Below are positions 30,437-41,415 of a stretch of DNA of 64,000 bases, in pieces. The stretch lies in the NCBI GenBank assembly GCA_963681965.1, contig OY820579.1:3520001-3584000 (forward strand), given 5' to 3'. Under the pieces are notes generated by a model. The model did not search any database, was not told where the DNA came from, and was given only the letters and a program-made list of their open reading frames with translations. Within the stretch, counting starts at the first letter, position 1. Each line of letters starts with the position of its first letter. Origin of the DNA: a bacterium. GTDB taxonomy: Bacteria; Electryoneota; JAOADG01. A program made the position numbers and the translations under genes.

Positions 30437-31903
30437 TTAAATCGAAGGTCGCAGTAACTTCTCATAGATATTGCGGAGATAAGACTCTGCCGAATCGGAC
30501 CAGCGGAAACGCGCATTGAAGCCATTCCACTGCAGCTTCGAATAGACGTCCTGCTGATTGTTCCAAAGATCGCGCGCTGTCATTACCGCATTGATCAGAT
30601 TCTTTAACACTTCGTGTTTCGTCGAACCATCGAACCCAAATCCGGTACCGCCGTGGTGAGTATAAGACTTGACTGTATCGACCAGACCACCGCTCCACCG
30701 CACCAGCGGCGGTGTCGCATAACTGAGCGATTCGAGTTGCGTAATTCCGCACGGTTCATACAGACTTGGCATCAGGAAAAGATCGCAACCCAAACTGATC
30801 CGACGCGCTTTCGCGGAATCGAACGCCAGCGTTATCGAGACATTTCCTCGATCGGCATAGCGGGTCAGAAATTGTTCATATTCCGGTAATCCGGTTGTCA
30901 GGATGGCAACGTTCACACCGGGAAGATTGACAATGCGATCGAATACCGTTTTTCCATCGTAGGATTCTACCAGCAGTTTAAATTTCTGCTCGACCGCACG
31001 ACCGACAAAACCAATCAAAAAATTATTGGGATTGATAAATTCATTCGAGAGTGCAAGCTTCATATCGGCTTTTTGTTTAATCGTCTCGTTGAAGGACGAT
31101 TCGCTCGGTTCGGATTTATAGTCGAATCCATTCAGAATACCAAGAAACGCGCCTTCTTTCTGTCTGCGAACCGCCACTTCCTCAAGACCTTTCCCCCCTT
31201 CGAAGTATCGACTCTGGTCTTCGGGAAGCAACAATTCATCGGCATAATGCGGTGAAACCGTATTGACGATATCGGCGAGTTCCATTCCCAACCGAAGCGG
31301 ATTGACACTGTTCCAATTTAGCCGGGGATCGATGAAGTTGTTACCGATAATCGGATCATTTAAAATTTGTTCAATCTTCCAATTGACAATATTGTCCCGC
31401 CAAATATTCCCTTGATAGCCGATATTGTGAATGGTCAATACCCGTTTCTGCGGGAAATTCAGCATCGCCATGCGACCGAATAAGAAACATAACGCCCAAT
31501 CGTTGATATGAACGATGTCGGGATTGATCTCGCGGATGAGCAGTAAGCACGCTTCGCAAAAAAACGAGAAGCGGATGATATCGTCGTAGAATGGAATATC
31601 TTCGCTATGAATATACGGTTCGGGTGAGCTGAAGTAGTGCTGATTTCCCAGCAGATGTACCGGAACCCCTTTTAATTCGGTTCTGTACCGTGTGATCTTT
31701 TCATTGCGTTCGTGAAACTGGAGGAGGTAGTCGCGTACAATCGTCAATTTGAATTCAGATCGTTCCTGCCCATACAGCGGTGTCAGGATTTCGATCTCAA
31801 TCCCTTTTTGTCTTAGTGCCGCTGGTAATTCACTCGCGACATCACCAACACCACCAGCTTTGGAGAACGGTTTACATTCGGCAGAGATGTATAGCACTTT
31901 CAT
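30437..31903 (-). CDS. glgA: Glycogen/starch synthase (GT5)
   Basis: PFSKAGGVGDV (KxGG), HINDW, TIHNIGYQG, TVSPHYA and PSLYEPCG motifs. Confidence 0.88.
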   Translation of the reverse strand: MKVLYISAECKPFSKAGGVGDVASELPAALRQKGIEIEILTPLYGQERSEFKLTIVRDYLLQFHERNEKITRYRTELKGVPVHLLGNQHYFSSPEPYIHSEDIPFYDDIIRFSFFCEACLLLIREINPDIVHINDWALCFLFGRMAMLNFPQKRVLTIHNIGYQGNIWRDNIVNWKIEQILNDPIIGNNFIDPRLNWNSVNPLRLGMELADIVNTVSPHYADELLLPEDQSRYFEGGKGLEEVAVRRQKEGAFLGILNGFDYKSEPSESSFNETIKQKADMKLALSNEFINPNNFLIGFVGRAVEQKFKLLVESYDGKTVFDRIVNLPGVNVAILTTGLPEYEQFLTRYADRGNVSITLAFDSAKARRISLGCDLFLMPSLYEPCGITQLESLSYATPPLVRWSGGLVDTVKSYTHHGGTGFGFDGSTKHEVLKNLINAVMTARDLWNNQQDVYSKLQWNGFNARFRWSDSAESYLRNIYEKLLRPSI

Positions 31904-32089
31904 GGCTTGTCTCCGTTTCTGCGCTGGTTGAACAAACAAGTTCTATTGAATAGTACGAGACAAAACGAAATTGTGAGTTGATTTGCACCACATATTTATA
32001 AAAGAATCGACTGACGACGATCACATTTGAATTTGTTATCAATCTGCCAACAATTTTATTACGCTGCGACCTCCCGATCAGTTTCAAAG

Positions 32090-33850
32090 TTACGCAGCCA
32101 AATCGAATTGCAGACGGTACAGGCGGGAATAGATACCGTTGAGCCGGACAAGTTCTTGATGGGTGCCTTGTTCGCGAAGTTTCCCTTTGTGGAAGACCAT
32201 AATCCGGTCGGCATGTTGTATCGTTGACAGCCGGTGTGCCACGACGATCGCGGTACGACCCGTCATGATGCGTTCCAAGCCGTGTTGCAGCAGATATTCA
32301 GTTTCGCTATCTACGGAACTGGTCGCTTCATCGAGCAACAGCACTGCGGGATCGGTGACTAGTGCCCGAGCCAGTGACAACAACTGTTTTTGTCCGACCG
32401 ATAAATTGACGCCACGTTCGAGTAACATCGTGTCGTAACCCTGCGGTAATTCGCGGATGAAACTATCAGCGCCAACTTCCCGGGCTGCCCACTCAATGCG
32501 CTCTCGCGAAACCGAAGTGTCGGAAAGTGCCAGATTTTCTGCAACTGTTCCCGCAAAAAGATACACATCTTGCAATACAACAGCCATTTGACCGCGTAAC
32601 TCGCGAGGATCGACGGTGCGCAATTCTTTCCCGTCGATCAGGATTTGCCCTTCCTGTATGTCGTAATGACGCCCGAGTAGTTGCAGTACTGTCGATTTTC
32701 CGGCACCGGTTGCTCCAACCAATGCCACAGTTTCGCCGGGATTGATTTTGAACGATAAGTCGCGTAGAACCGGCACTCCGTCGACATAGCTGAAGTTGAC
32801 ATCTTTAAATTCGATGTCGCCGCTCACTCTTCCGAGAGCTTTCGGTTGAGCCGGCGGTTCGATCGCTAACGGTTCGTCGAGAATATTGAATACTCGTTCG
32901 GCTCCGGCGAATGCCGATTGCAGGACGTTATACTTTTCACTCAAATCACGGATCGGTCGGAAGAAACGTTCACCGTACTGCAGAAATGCAACCAGCGCAC
33001 CGATCGTAACCGCACCGTGTAGAATCTGCCAGCCTCCGACGACCATCACAGCCGCGATGGCGGTGGTGCTGATCATATCGACAATCGGGAAGAATAGCGC
33101 AAAAAAGAATATCGTGCGGAGCTGCGCATGCTTCAGGCTCTGCGAAATATCGCCAAACTGTTCGGCATTGCGCTGTTCGCGTAAAAACAGTTTTACGACC
33201 TTAATTCCGGTAATCGATTCCTGTAAATAAGTATTCGTTCGGGTAATTTCGGCTCGCATGGCTCGATAAGCATCGCGCATATATTTGCGGAGCATGATTG
33301 TGATCGTGACAAGGATCGGCATCACGATCACAGTCACGATCGCGAGTTTCCAATTGATGTAAACCAAAATTCCGAGAATTCCCAGAAGACTGAGCACATC
33401 CCCGATCAGACCGACGAAACTGGCACCGAATAACTCCGCCATCGCCGCCACATCGGATGTGACACGGGTCATCAATTTTCCGACCGGATTTCGATCGAAA
33501 AACGCTAACGATTGATATTGAAATCGGCTAAACACTTTTTTCCGCAGATCCCAGACAATGCGGTTGCCGAACCATCCCGAAATCAGCGTTTCGGAATATC
33601 GAAACAGGTGTCCAGTAGCGTTAATGACGACATACCCAATCACTAACCAGAAAAGAGTGTGAAAGTCGTGCTGGGGAATTGCCTGATCGATTGCTCGCTT
33701 GGTCAGTAGCGGACCAACCAACTCCAACGACGTGCCGATCAACATACAGACAACGCTGATGGAGAAACCGCGCCGATAAGGTTTCGCGTACGGGAGAATG
33801 CGCTTGAACAGTGCCCAATCGAAAGTTTTACCCATGACGGATTCAGCCAT
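32090..33850 (-). CDS. ABC exporter, fused TMD-NBD, subunit 2
   Basis: GATGAGKS, LSVGQKQ, LLLDEATS. True start MAESVMGK overlaps the upstream stop (TAATG). Confidence 0.92.
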   Translation of the reverse strand: MAESVMGKTFDWALFKRILPYAKPYRRGFSISVVCMLIGTSLELVGPLLTKRAIDQAIPQHDFHTLFWLVIGYVVINATGHLFRYSETLISGWFGNRIVWDLRKKVFSRFQYQSLAFFDRNPVGKLMTRVTSDVAAMAELFGASFVGLIGDVLSLLGILGILVYINWKLAIVTVIVMPILVTITIMLRKYMRDAYRAMRAEITRTNTYLQESITGIKVVKLFLREQRNAEQFGDISQSLKHAQLRTIFFFALFFPIVDMISTTAIAAVMVVGGWQILHGAVTIGALVAFLQYGERFFRPIRDLSEKYNVLQSAFAGAERVFNILDEPLAIEPPAQPKALGRVSGDIEFKDVNFSYVDGVPVLRDLSFKINPGETVALVGATGAGKSTVLQLLGRHYDIQEGQILIDGKELRTVDPRELRGQMAVVLQDVYLFAGTVAENLALSDTSVSRERIEWAAREVGADSFIRELPQGYDTMLLERGVNLSVGQKQLLSLARALVTDPAVLLLDEATSSVDSETEYLLQHGLERIMTGRTAIVVAHRLSTIQHADRIMVFHKGKLREQGTHQELVRLNGIYSRLYRLQFDLAA

Positions 33851-35595
33851 TATGCCACCTCCGCCAATTCTTCGGTTAGCCGTTGCCGTTCTACCAATTC
33901 GGCAAACGGTCCCGCTTCCTGCGCCAGCAACCGGGGATCGCCGTATTGCACAATTTGACCGCGATCCAGTACCAGCACTGCATCGCAATTCATTACAGTC
34001 GAAGTTCGGTGTGCGATAATGACGGTTGTCCGTCCCTTCATGTACTCTTCAAGTGAATTCAAGATGGCACGTTCCGTAGCAGTATCGACGTTGGCAAGCG
34101 GATCGTCCAGCACCAATATTCGCGGATCGATCAAGAGCGCCCGGGCAATTGCGACTCGTTGTTTTTGTCCACCGGAAAGTGTCACTCCCCGCTCCCCAAC
34201 CAGCGATTTATAGCCGTCGGACAATTGATCGATGTCCTTACTCAGTGCTGCTAGATGGGATGACGATTCGATACGATCGGGTGCGGCATCGATCTTTCCA
34301 AACGCGATATTCTCGGCAACCGAGGCACTGAACAAGAATGCTTCCTGCGGTACGAAACCGATTTGGCTGCGTAACAGTGGAAGCGGATAATTACCCAATT
34401 CAACACCATCGCACCGGATTGAACCAGCCGATGGTTCGTAGAGGCGCGCAATCAGAGACGCAATCGTTGATTTGCCACTTCCGGTACGTCCAACGATACC
34501 CAGTGATCCACCTGATGGTATCGTGAAACTGACATCTTGGATCGCTGCCGTACGGTCTTCGGTGTATTGCAAAGTGACATGATCGAATTGCAATTCACCT
34601 ACGATGTCTTTCCGGACAACACCAGTATCAATTTCCGGTTCTTCCAGGAGAATTCGGTAAATCCGTGCCCACGATGCCAATCCGCGCTGGATGAGATTGG
34701 CAGTCCAGCCAATGGCAATGATCGGCCAAGCCAACAGACCGAGATAGGAAACAAATGCGACAAAGGTACCGAGTGAGATTACATCTTGTGCAAGCAGATG
34801 ACCGCCATACCAAAGGATTGCCACGAAACCGAATGAGAACAACACACCCATTACCGGACCGTACATCGCATCGACTTTCAATAACCGGTAGGATCGGCGG
34901 AAAAACTCTTTATTATGTACTTCCATCCGTTCGACTTCGCGCTCTTCCTGGGCATAGGCGCGAATGACGCGGGCACCAGCAAGATTGTCTTGCACCGCGG
35001 CGGATAGTTCGCTGTACTTTTCCTGTTGTTCGTCAGTCCGTTGAAATTCGGCTTGTCCAAGAAACCAGATTGCCACCGCACCGATCGGTATGAGCACAAT
35101 TACCGCCAGTGTTAACGAATGGGATAGCATCACCATAACCGTGAACCCGACGATCATGGTGACAAAAGTATTGGCTAAGTACATCAACGCCGGACCGGTC
35201 ATCATCCGGATATTTTCGATATCTGAGGTAGCTCGGGACATCAGATCGCCAGTCCGGTTCTTATCGAAGAATTTGGCAGGTAGCGATAGCAAACGCTGGA
35301 AGTAACTGGTGCGAAGATCGAATTCGACATCGCGGGAAACACCGACGACTGTCATCCGCATATAGTACCGCAGGACGCCTCGGGCTGAGGCGAGGAAAAC
35401 CAGAATACCACCGTAAAACCAGATTGTTTTCCAAATGAAGGGGTGCTGGAACGTGTCAAAGGCTGTTTTCAGGACGTAAGGGGCGATCGCATCGAAGCTG
35501 TTGGCAACTAAAGCAAACCCCAAACCGAGGAAGAGGTTTTTACGGTGAGGTTTGATTAAATTGAGTAGTGCTTTTTTTTCCGAAATGGTCGTCAA
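33850..35595 (-). CDS. ABC exporter, fused TMD-NBD, subunit 1 (degenerate site)
   Basis: GRTGSGKS, LSGGQKQR and Walker B LVLDD (E-to-D), typical of heterodimeric MdlAB/TM287-288-type pairs. Confidence 0.92.
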   Translation of the reverse strand: MTTISEKKALLNLIKPHRKNLFLGLGFALVANSFDAIAPYVLKTAFDTFQHPFIWKTIWFYGGILVFLASARGVLRYYMRMTVVGVSRDVEFDLRTSYFQRLLSLPAKFFDKNRTGDLMSRATSDIENIRMMTGPALMYLANTFVTMIVGFTVMVMLSHSLTLAVIVLIPIGAVAIWFLGQAEFQRTDEQQEKYSELSAAVQDNLAGARVIRAYAQEEREVERMEVHNKEFFRRSYRLLKVDAMYGPVMGVLFSFGFVAILWYGGHLLAQDVISLGTFVAFVSYLGLLAWPIIAIGWTANLIQRGLASWARIYRILLEEPEIDTGVVRKDIVGELQFDHVTLQYTEDRTAAIQDVSFTIPSGGSLGIVGRTGSGKSTIASLIARLYEPSAGSIRCDGVELGNYPLPLLRSQIGFVPQEAFLFSASVAENIAFGKIDAAPDRIESSSHLAALSKDIDQLSDGYKSLVGERGVTLSGGQKQRVAIARALLIDPRILVLDDPLANVDTATERAILNSLEEYMKGRTTVIIAHRTSTVMNCDAVLVLDRGQIVQYGDPRLLAQEAGPFAELVERQRLTEELAEVA

Positions 35596-35732
35596 CGGGA
35601 ATTCCTTCGATAGCGAGCTAGATTAATAATACGCAGATCGACTCCGGTTTTGAAATTTACTCTGAGTTATCTCCGGTAAGAACGATCATTCATCTGAACA
35701 ACCGATTAATAAATTGGATAATAGGACCAAGA

Positions 35733-36839
35733 TTGCTGGAAATATTCGCGATTCTTCTGGTTTTTACGCTCCTGGGTCTCATTTGGCTGGCTCAGGGGTA
35801 TTTCCGCTTCGATCGACACGATCCGGGGAAGTACCCATCGTTGGAAATTCTGTTGACCTGTCACAATGAGGCAGAAGTCCTTCCGGAATTACTCGAGGCA
35901 GTTGCCGAATTGAATTGGAGTTCGCTTCAACCGCTTCGGATCGCTGTGATCGACGATCGATCGACCGACAGTACCCGGGAGTTAATGCTGGCATTTGTCG
36001 AACAGGATCCCGAACACCGCCGCTTGGTCGCAGTCGAGCAAGACGAAGCACCGGAGGTGGAAGCGCGGAAGAAGTATGCTTTATCGAAAGCAATCGAATC
36101 GACCACTGCTGACTGGGTCTTGACGCTGGATGCCGACAGCCGCCCGTATTCCGAATGGTTACTGGCGCTATTTTGCGGGTGGAACAAGGAGTGGATTGCC
36201 ATCGTTCCCGGCTTCCGATTCACTGAAGGAACTGGCTTCTGGGGTGGCTTCCGGCGATTGGAAGCGGTGGTTCAAAGTTTCCTGATGCGATCGGCAATAC
36301 AGCGAGGATGGCCACTCTCTGCAATCGGTGCCGGATTTGCCTACCGAGTATCGGCGTTTCGCGAAGTCGGCGGTTTTACTGGCAAGATCGGCGAACGGAT
36401 CTCCGGCGACGACGATCTGCTACTGCACAAATTCGCTACCATTCGGGGCAAGATCATCTCAAAGGTGGGCAACGATGTCGCGTTGGCAGTCTTGGATCGG
36501 GATCCCGGCAAGTACTGGCGGGCACGTACCCGGCACTATTCGGTCGCACCGGATTACCCATTGTTCTGGAAGGTTTTTGGGTTGTTGGTAGTTCCCGGTG
36601 CCCTAATTGCACCCATCCATTTTATTTTAACAATCAACGCAGCATTCAAGGAAATTAATCTCTTTTTACTCCCATCCATATTATTGCTACTTTTTGAGTA
36701 TATTGTCGTTCGAGAAGTCTCCCGGCATACTGCAACTTCCCTCGAGTGGTGGCATCCCGCGGTGTTGTTTTTTGGTTTCCCGCTATGGGCGTTGACGCTA
36801 GTTTGGCACTCGTTTCGACGTAAACCCGGTTGGTCATGA
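35733..36839 (+). CDS. Glycosyltransferase family 2, membrane-bound
   Basis: CHNE, IDDRSTD, LDAD and SGDD motifs, N- and C-terminal TM helices. Confidence 0.85.
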   Translation: MLEIFAILLVFTLLGLIWLAQGYFRFDRHDPGKYPSLEILLTCHNEAEVLPELLEAVAELNWSSLQPLRIAVIDDRSTDSTRELMLAFVEQDPEHRRLVAVEQDEAPEVEARKKYALSKAIESTTADWVLTLDADSRPYSEWLLALFCGWNKEWIAIVPGFRFTEGTGFWGGFRRLEAVVQSFLMRSAIQRGWPLSAIGAGFAYRVSAFREVGGFTGKIGERISGDDDLLLHKFATIRGKIISKVGNDVALAVLDRDPGKYWRARTRHYSVAPDYPLFWKVFGLLVVPGALIAPIHFILTINAAFKEINLFLLPSILLLLFEYIVVREVSRHTATSLEWWHPAVLFFGFPLWALTLVWHSFRRKPGWS

Positions 36840-37777
36840 AAGTTTTACACAAGATTCAAAGCAAACTCCACTGGTTTACCTTTCCGCTCGCGATCGGTTT
36901 GGTCTATATCGTCGTCACCAAAGTCGGTTGGCAGATCTTCTTTCAGGCATTGCATAACTTCTCGCCGTTTATCTGGATTCTCACAATCTGTTGCACCTTC
37001 CTTGAACTCTATGTTCAATTACTTCGAAGCTGGGTGATGCTGAAGGTCGATATCCCTGGTTTAACCTTCAAAACAGTCGCCAAAGCAGGACTAGCAGCCT
37101 TCAGCGCTGGATCATTCACTCCCGGTCGGGTGGGGGATGGCGCCTTAATACTGTTAATTCCCGGTGCGACCGCGCGAGCGGTTGGCATTGCGCTGGTCGA
37201 CCGAATGATGTTCTGGCCGCCGATGCATATGCTGGGAACGATTGCCTTGGGCATCTTGTTCTATCCGAGTTTCGGCATCAATATTGTCTGGCTATCGATC
37301 ATCATCGCAGTCGGTTACTTCATCGTAATGGAAATCGTTTTCCATATCACCCGTACCCACCACGAAACCCATTCCTCGAAAAAGTTCATCCGCGAGTTGT
37401 ATATGGGCTTCACCTCTTTACCACGAAAAACCTATCGGCTCGGGTTATTGCTTGGATTTGCACAGTACTTTGTGATTTTAATCCAATTTCAAATTGGATT
37501 GGTTGCGATTGGTCGCGATGTCAGTTTCATGCAAGCCGGAATCATGTTCGGCAGTCTGCAATTACTCCGAAGTTTCTTCGCATTTACCCCCGGGAACCTT
37601 GGTATCAGCGAAGTGGTCGGAATGAAATTGGGTGAATTTGCCGGAATGGCACCGGACACGCTCCCGATGGTCACTTTTCCGTTTTTCCTGACGAACACCG
37701 TCATTCCCGCTTTGATCGGCTTCCCGTTGTGGGTTTCGATGAGCCGTAATCTGAAGAATCAGCACAAACATGATTGA
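36836..37777 (+). CDS. Lysylphosphatidylglycerol synthase TM-like (flippase-like) membrane protein
   Basis: Polytopic, TPGRVGD and TPGNLGISE motifs typical of UPF0104/LPG_synthase_TM. Confidence 0.8.
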   Translation: MKVLHKIQSKLHWFTFPLAIGLVYIVVTKVGWQIFFQALHNFSPFIWILTICCTFLELYVQLLRSWVMLKVDIPGLTFKTVAKAGLAAFSAGSFTPGRVGDGALILLIPGATARAVGIALVDRMMFWPPMHMLGTIALGILFYPSFGINIVWLSIIIAVGYFIVMEIVFHITRTHHETHSSKKFIRELYMGFTSLPRKTYRLGLLLGFAQYFVILIQFQIGLVAIGRDVSFMQAGIMFGSLQLLRSFFAFTPGNLGISEVVGMKLGEFAGMAPDTLPMVTFPFFLTNTVIPALIGFPLWVSMSRNLKNQHKHD

Positions 37778-38876
37778 GGGATGGGCACTTTGGCTACTTG
37801 GGTCGGTCGGTGCCTATCTATTAATCGCGATTACCTCGTTAATCGGCTGGTTTCGCAATACCGTTCCCCGACACCCGGCAGCACTCCCGATTCACATTTT
37901 AATTCCAGCCCATAACGAAGCTGATTGCATCGGCTGTTTATTAGAAGATTTGACCAAACAAGAACTTCCCCCCAATTTTCCGTACCGCATTATCGTTGTA
38001 GACGATCGATCGACCGATAGCACTACTCAGATCGTGGAAAAGTACTTGCATCGTCTCCCGATCGAGTTATTACGCATTGAGAAGCTACCAGACGGAATTC
38101 ATGGCAAGCTCCATGCAATGATGAAGGCAACGGAAAACCTCACCGAGGGGAGTGTCTTGATGGTAGACGCCGATTGCCGGGTCGGTCCGCGATGGATCAC
38201 TGCGATCACGCAAGAGGCAGGTGTCGGTGGTGCGGTAGGTCCGGTATTCGAAATCGGACGCAATCGGAACTTGATCAAAGAGATTCTTACCGATGATCAG
38301 GGCGGGATCACGTTCGCAGCAATGGGCTTGATCGCCAGTGGTTATCCACTGACAGCATCGACGGCGAATATGTTAATTCCAGTTAGTGCCATCCGCGATG
38401 GACTGTGGGATCGCGTTGGCGTCGATGGTACCGGCGAAGATGGACGAATTCTGCAAGATCAGTTTTTTCGTGGTCTGCCGATGCGGGCAGTGATTCATCC
38501 CGATGCTGGCGTCGTTACCTATCTGGCACCGACCTACCGCCACACGGCAGCGAGCCGCCGACGCTGGTATCAGGATGCACTTACTTACCGCCGATCGGTG
38601 CAATTTACCCATATTATCATTGGATTGACGCTGCTCGGTCTGGCATCGGCAATTCCAGCACTATTTGTTCCGGTGGTATGGAAATACGGTTTGGCTGTTG
38701 TACTCTTAAAATTACTGAACGATTTTATTGTGTGGTGCGTCGTCAATCCGAAATTTCCCTATTTCACCTTGCGTTCGGTTTTTCTCTGGTCGCCGATCGA
38801 AGCTTGGATTTTAATTTCCTACGCACTCATACCCGCTCCACCAAAAACCCAACATAGCCGGGGGTTCAGCGATTAA
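37770..38876 (+). CDS. Glycosyltransferase family 2
   Basis: IPAHNE, VDDRSTD, VDADC, GED and RRRW motifs. Confidence 0.85.
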   Translation: MIEGWALWLLGSVGAYLLIAITSLIGWFRNTVPRHPAALPIHILIPAHNEADCIGCLLEDLTKQELPPNFPYRIIVVDDRSTDSTTQIVEKYLHRLPIELLRIEKLPDGIHGKLHAMMKATENLTEGSVLMVDADCRVGPRWITAITQEAGVGGAVGPVFEIGRNRNLIKEILTDDQGGITFAAMGLIASGYPLTASTANMLIPVSAIRDGLWDRVGVDGTGEDGRILQDQFFRGLPMRAVIHPDAGVVTYLAPTYRHTAASRRRWYQDALTYRRSVQFTHIIIGLTLLGLASAIPALFVPVVWKYGLAVVLLKLLNDFIVWCVVNPKFPYFTLRSVFLWSPIEAWILISYALIPAPPKTQHSRGFSD

Positions 38877-39529
38877 TGGAGTTCACTTATCCGCTTAAGT
38901 TCAGTCGTTGGTACCGGTTACTGCCATCACTGGTACTGAACTTCACTACATCGGAAAGAGAACTATGGCTGACATTCGACGACGGTCCGGTCAGTCGAGA
39001 CACCGGTTGGACACTATCCGAACTAGCACGCCATTCGATTAAAAGTACGTTCTTTGTTCTGACTGATCGCGCAATCGGGAATAAGTCGCTGCTGACCGAT
39101 GCGCTTGCGGCAGGACATGAAATCGGTCTTCATGGCTGGCATCATCGTCGGCAATTATTATCAAATCCCACTAAAACCTATGCCGAATGGTGCGATTCGC
39201 GCAATCGTATCGAACAAATGCTGGGCTGTCCCATTCATCGGATCCGTCCTCCCTATGCCGTACCGCCTCTAGCGATTTGGTCGCAACTGATTCAAGCCGG
39301 GATGCGTCCGATATATCTCACTTGGATGTTGGGGGATTTTATCGCGACATTACCGGTATCGGCGACTGTCGACAATTTGATGCCGAAGTTGCGACCCGGA
39401 GATATTTTATTAATGCACGATGGTGGACCGGCACCTGAGACATTTCGAAAAATGCTGCCGCTTTTACTGGAACAAGCTGTGGATAGTGGTTGGCGGTTTA
39501 CCATACCCGACGAACGACTTTTACAATGA
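38876..39529 (+). CDS. Polysaccharide deacetylase (CE4/NodB)
   Basis: LTFDDGP, HGWHH, RPPY and ILLMHD motifs. Confidence 0.9.
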   Translation: MEFTYPLKFSRWYRLLPSLVLNFTTSERELWLTFDDGPVSRDTGWTLSELARHSIKSTFFVLTDRAIGNKSLLTDALAAGHEIGLHGWHHRRQLLSNPTKTYAEWCDSRNRIEQMLGCPIHRIRPPYAVPPLAIWSQLIQAGMRPIYLTWMLGDFIATLPVSATVDNLMPKLRPGDILLMHDGGPAPETFRKMLPLLLEQAVDSGWRFTIPDERLLQ

Positions 39530-40662
39530 CTGTTTTTTTTCTGTTGCTACTCTCAATCTTCGCTATCGTTTATTCGTTAGCGTTTTTGCTCGGTTTCTTC
39601 GCTACGCTGCTCGATCCGTGGCGACCGCACAAGCGCGAGGAACCGGTGAGTGTGGTGTTATGTGCCCGCGACGAGGAACACAATCTCCCAGCGACACTGC
39701 TAGCGCTGGAACAACAGGATTACCCCACCGATTTAATCGAATTTATTCTGATCGACCACAACTCCAGCGATCGAACTTATCAACTATTCAGTGAATTTGT
39801 CGCACGCGATCCGGCTCATCGGAAAGTGATCAAGATCGCCGACGAGATCGAAGGATTGCGCGGAAAGGCAGCGCCGTGGCATGCCGGAATGCTGGAAGCG
39901 AGTCATTCGATTGTCTTGACGACCGGTGCCGATTGTATCGTTCCTCAGCAATGGATTAGCCGAACGGTAGCACTATTCGACGAGAAGACGCAAATCGTCA
40001 GCGGTGCGGCTTTGCTGATCCACAGCGACCGGATGAACGGTCTCTATGCTCGCACCCAAAATCTCGATATGATGTTGATTCAAGGAATGGGCTACTGTTT
40101 GTCGGTGCTGGGATTTGGTGGTGCAGGTTTATCGAACAACTACGCTTTGCGCCGGGAAGCCTATCTGAAGACGGGTGGATTTCCAGCGATCGGGTTTTCG
40201 ATTTGTGAAGATGTCCGGCTCTCGAATGCCATTTTAAAAATCTACGGCACTAAATCGCTGCGCTATCATCTCGACCGCAATGCAACCCCGACCACCGATC
40301 CGGAACCGATCCGAAGGTTGGCTAATATGAAAATACGGTGGTCGATGGGAACGCGTCGATTGGGTGCCGGCGGCTTATCGATGATCGGCGTCGCGTTCTT
40401 TGCTCACTTGCTGGTGCCACTATTTGCGATCTTCGGTTCGGGCGCAGTTCGCGAGAGTGCGCTATTTACCATCATTGCCGGATGGTGTTTCAATGCATTA
40501 TTTGTTCTCGGAATTTCAGTACGTATGAAACGCACCACGGACCTGATCGCCCTCCCCATCTTCCTGCCCTATTTCTGGATTTATACTTCACTGCTACTGA
40601 TCCCGGTCTGGCTCAGATTACCGGTCCGCTGGAAAGGATTGTGGGTGCGGGAACCTAAGTGA
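39526..40662 (+). CDS. Glycosyltransferase family 2
   Basis: CARDE, IDHNSSD, TGADC (DxD altered), CED and RW motifs. ATGA overlap with the deacetylase gene. Confidence 0.82.
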   Translation: MTVFFLLLLSIFAIVYSLAFLLGFFATLLDPWRPHKREEPVSVVLCARDEEHNLPATLLALEQQDYPTDLIEFILIDHNSSDRTYQLFSEFVARDPAHRKVIKIADEIEGLRGKAAPWHAGMLEASHSIVLTTGADCIVPQQWISRTVALFDEKTQIVSGAALLIHSDRMNGLYARTQNLDMMLIQGMGYCLSVLGFGGAGLSNNYALRREAYLKTGGFPAIGFSICEDVRLSNAILKIYGTKSLRYHLDRNATPTTDPEPIRRLANMKIRWSMGTRRLGAGGLSMIGVAFFAHLLVPLFAIFGSGAVRESALFTIIAGWCFNALFVLGISVRMKRTTDLIALPIFLPYFWIYTSLLLIPVWLRLPVRWKGLWVREPK

Positions 40663-40741
40663 TTTATTGTGAGATTTGTTCCTGATAGAGTAGAAACGCA
40701 GAACGGAACCAATTGGTAGATTATCTCAAATCGAAGAATAT

Positions 40742-40770
40742 AAAAACAAGGGTACCATCGGTACCCTTGT
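40742..40770. terminator. Terminator between the convergent GT2 and V4R operons
   Basis: AACAAGGGTACC-atc-GGTACCCTTGTT palindrome with an A-run on the left. Confidence 0.8.
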
Positions 40771-40797
40771 TCAGTTTCTTACTGATTTAATTTTTCT

Positions 40798-41403
40798 CTA
40801 CGCCTTCGTTACGACAAATTCGCCATATTCATCGCCGCATTCAATCCCTTTGGTCTGAACGCACTGGAATGTACGCAAACCCGATTTTCCGTCGGGATCG
40901 TAGGCACCACCATACGCCAGATCCATAAAAGCGGCTGCGACACCACGGATCATGTAGGCATTCATCTTGGACGAAGTACCATAACTTACGGTATCGGATT
41001 CATAATAGTCGTAAGCACGAACCACCATCTTTTCACCCGGGATCAATTCGACAATTTCGCTCTTTGCCCAACCCCAAGCGGTGAATACGGCAAACGCACC
41101 ATGTAGAATATCTTCCGGAACTTTCTCAATCATCGGTGCGACAACTGATTTCCACTCATCGGACGTTATGATACCGTACCCAGTATGATACCCGCATTCA
41201 TGTGCAGCGTTTTCCAATAGAAATTCCGCAGCCGGTAACATTTCGGTTCCAACTTTGCGCGTCAGACGGTCGGCAAACCCATTCCAGAATGTCGCGGGAA
41301 GTCGATTGACAAATACATTAAATCCGGGGATCAAACCGTCTGAGTTTTCCTGTACTTGAATTTTCGACAAGGCTTCAATTACTCTTTTACGATCGATAGC
41401 CAT
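40798..41403 (-). CDS. V4R (4-vinyl reductase)/H-NOX-TRAPP-fold domain protein
   Basis: GLIP.FNV, AWGWAKSEI, MIRGVAAA and CVQTKGIECGDEYGEFVV tail, matching V4R layout. AGGAG RBS. Confidence 0.7.
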   Translation of the reverse strand: MAIDRKRVIEALSKIQVQENSDGLIPGFNVFVNRLPATFWNGFADRLTRKVGTEMLPAAEFLLENAAHECGYHTGYGIITSDEWKSVVAPMIEKVPEDILHGAFAVFTAWGWAKSEIVELIPGEKMVVRAYDYYESDTVSYGTSSKMNAYMIRGVAAAFMDLAYGGAYDPDGKSGLRTFQCVQTKGIECGDEYGEFVVTKA

Positions 41404-41415
41404 CGGAATCTCCTT

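Noticed and set aside
33851-33988. N-terminal extension of the ABC subunit 2 ORF
   Set aside because: It overlaps the upstream ABC gene. TAATG coupling indicates the start at 33850.
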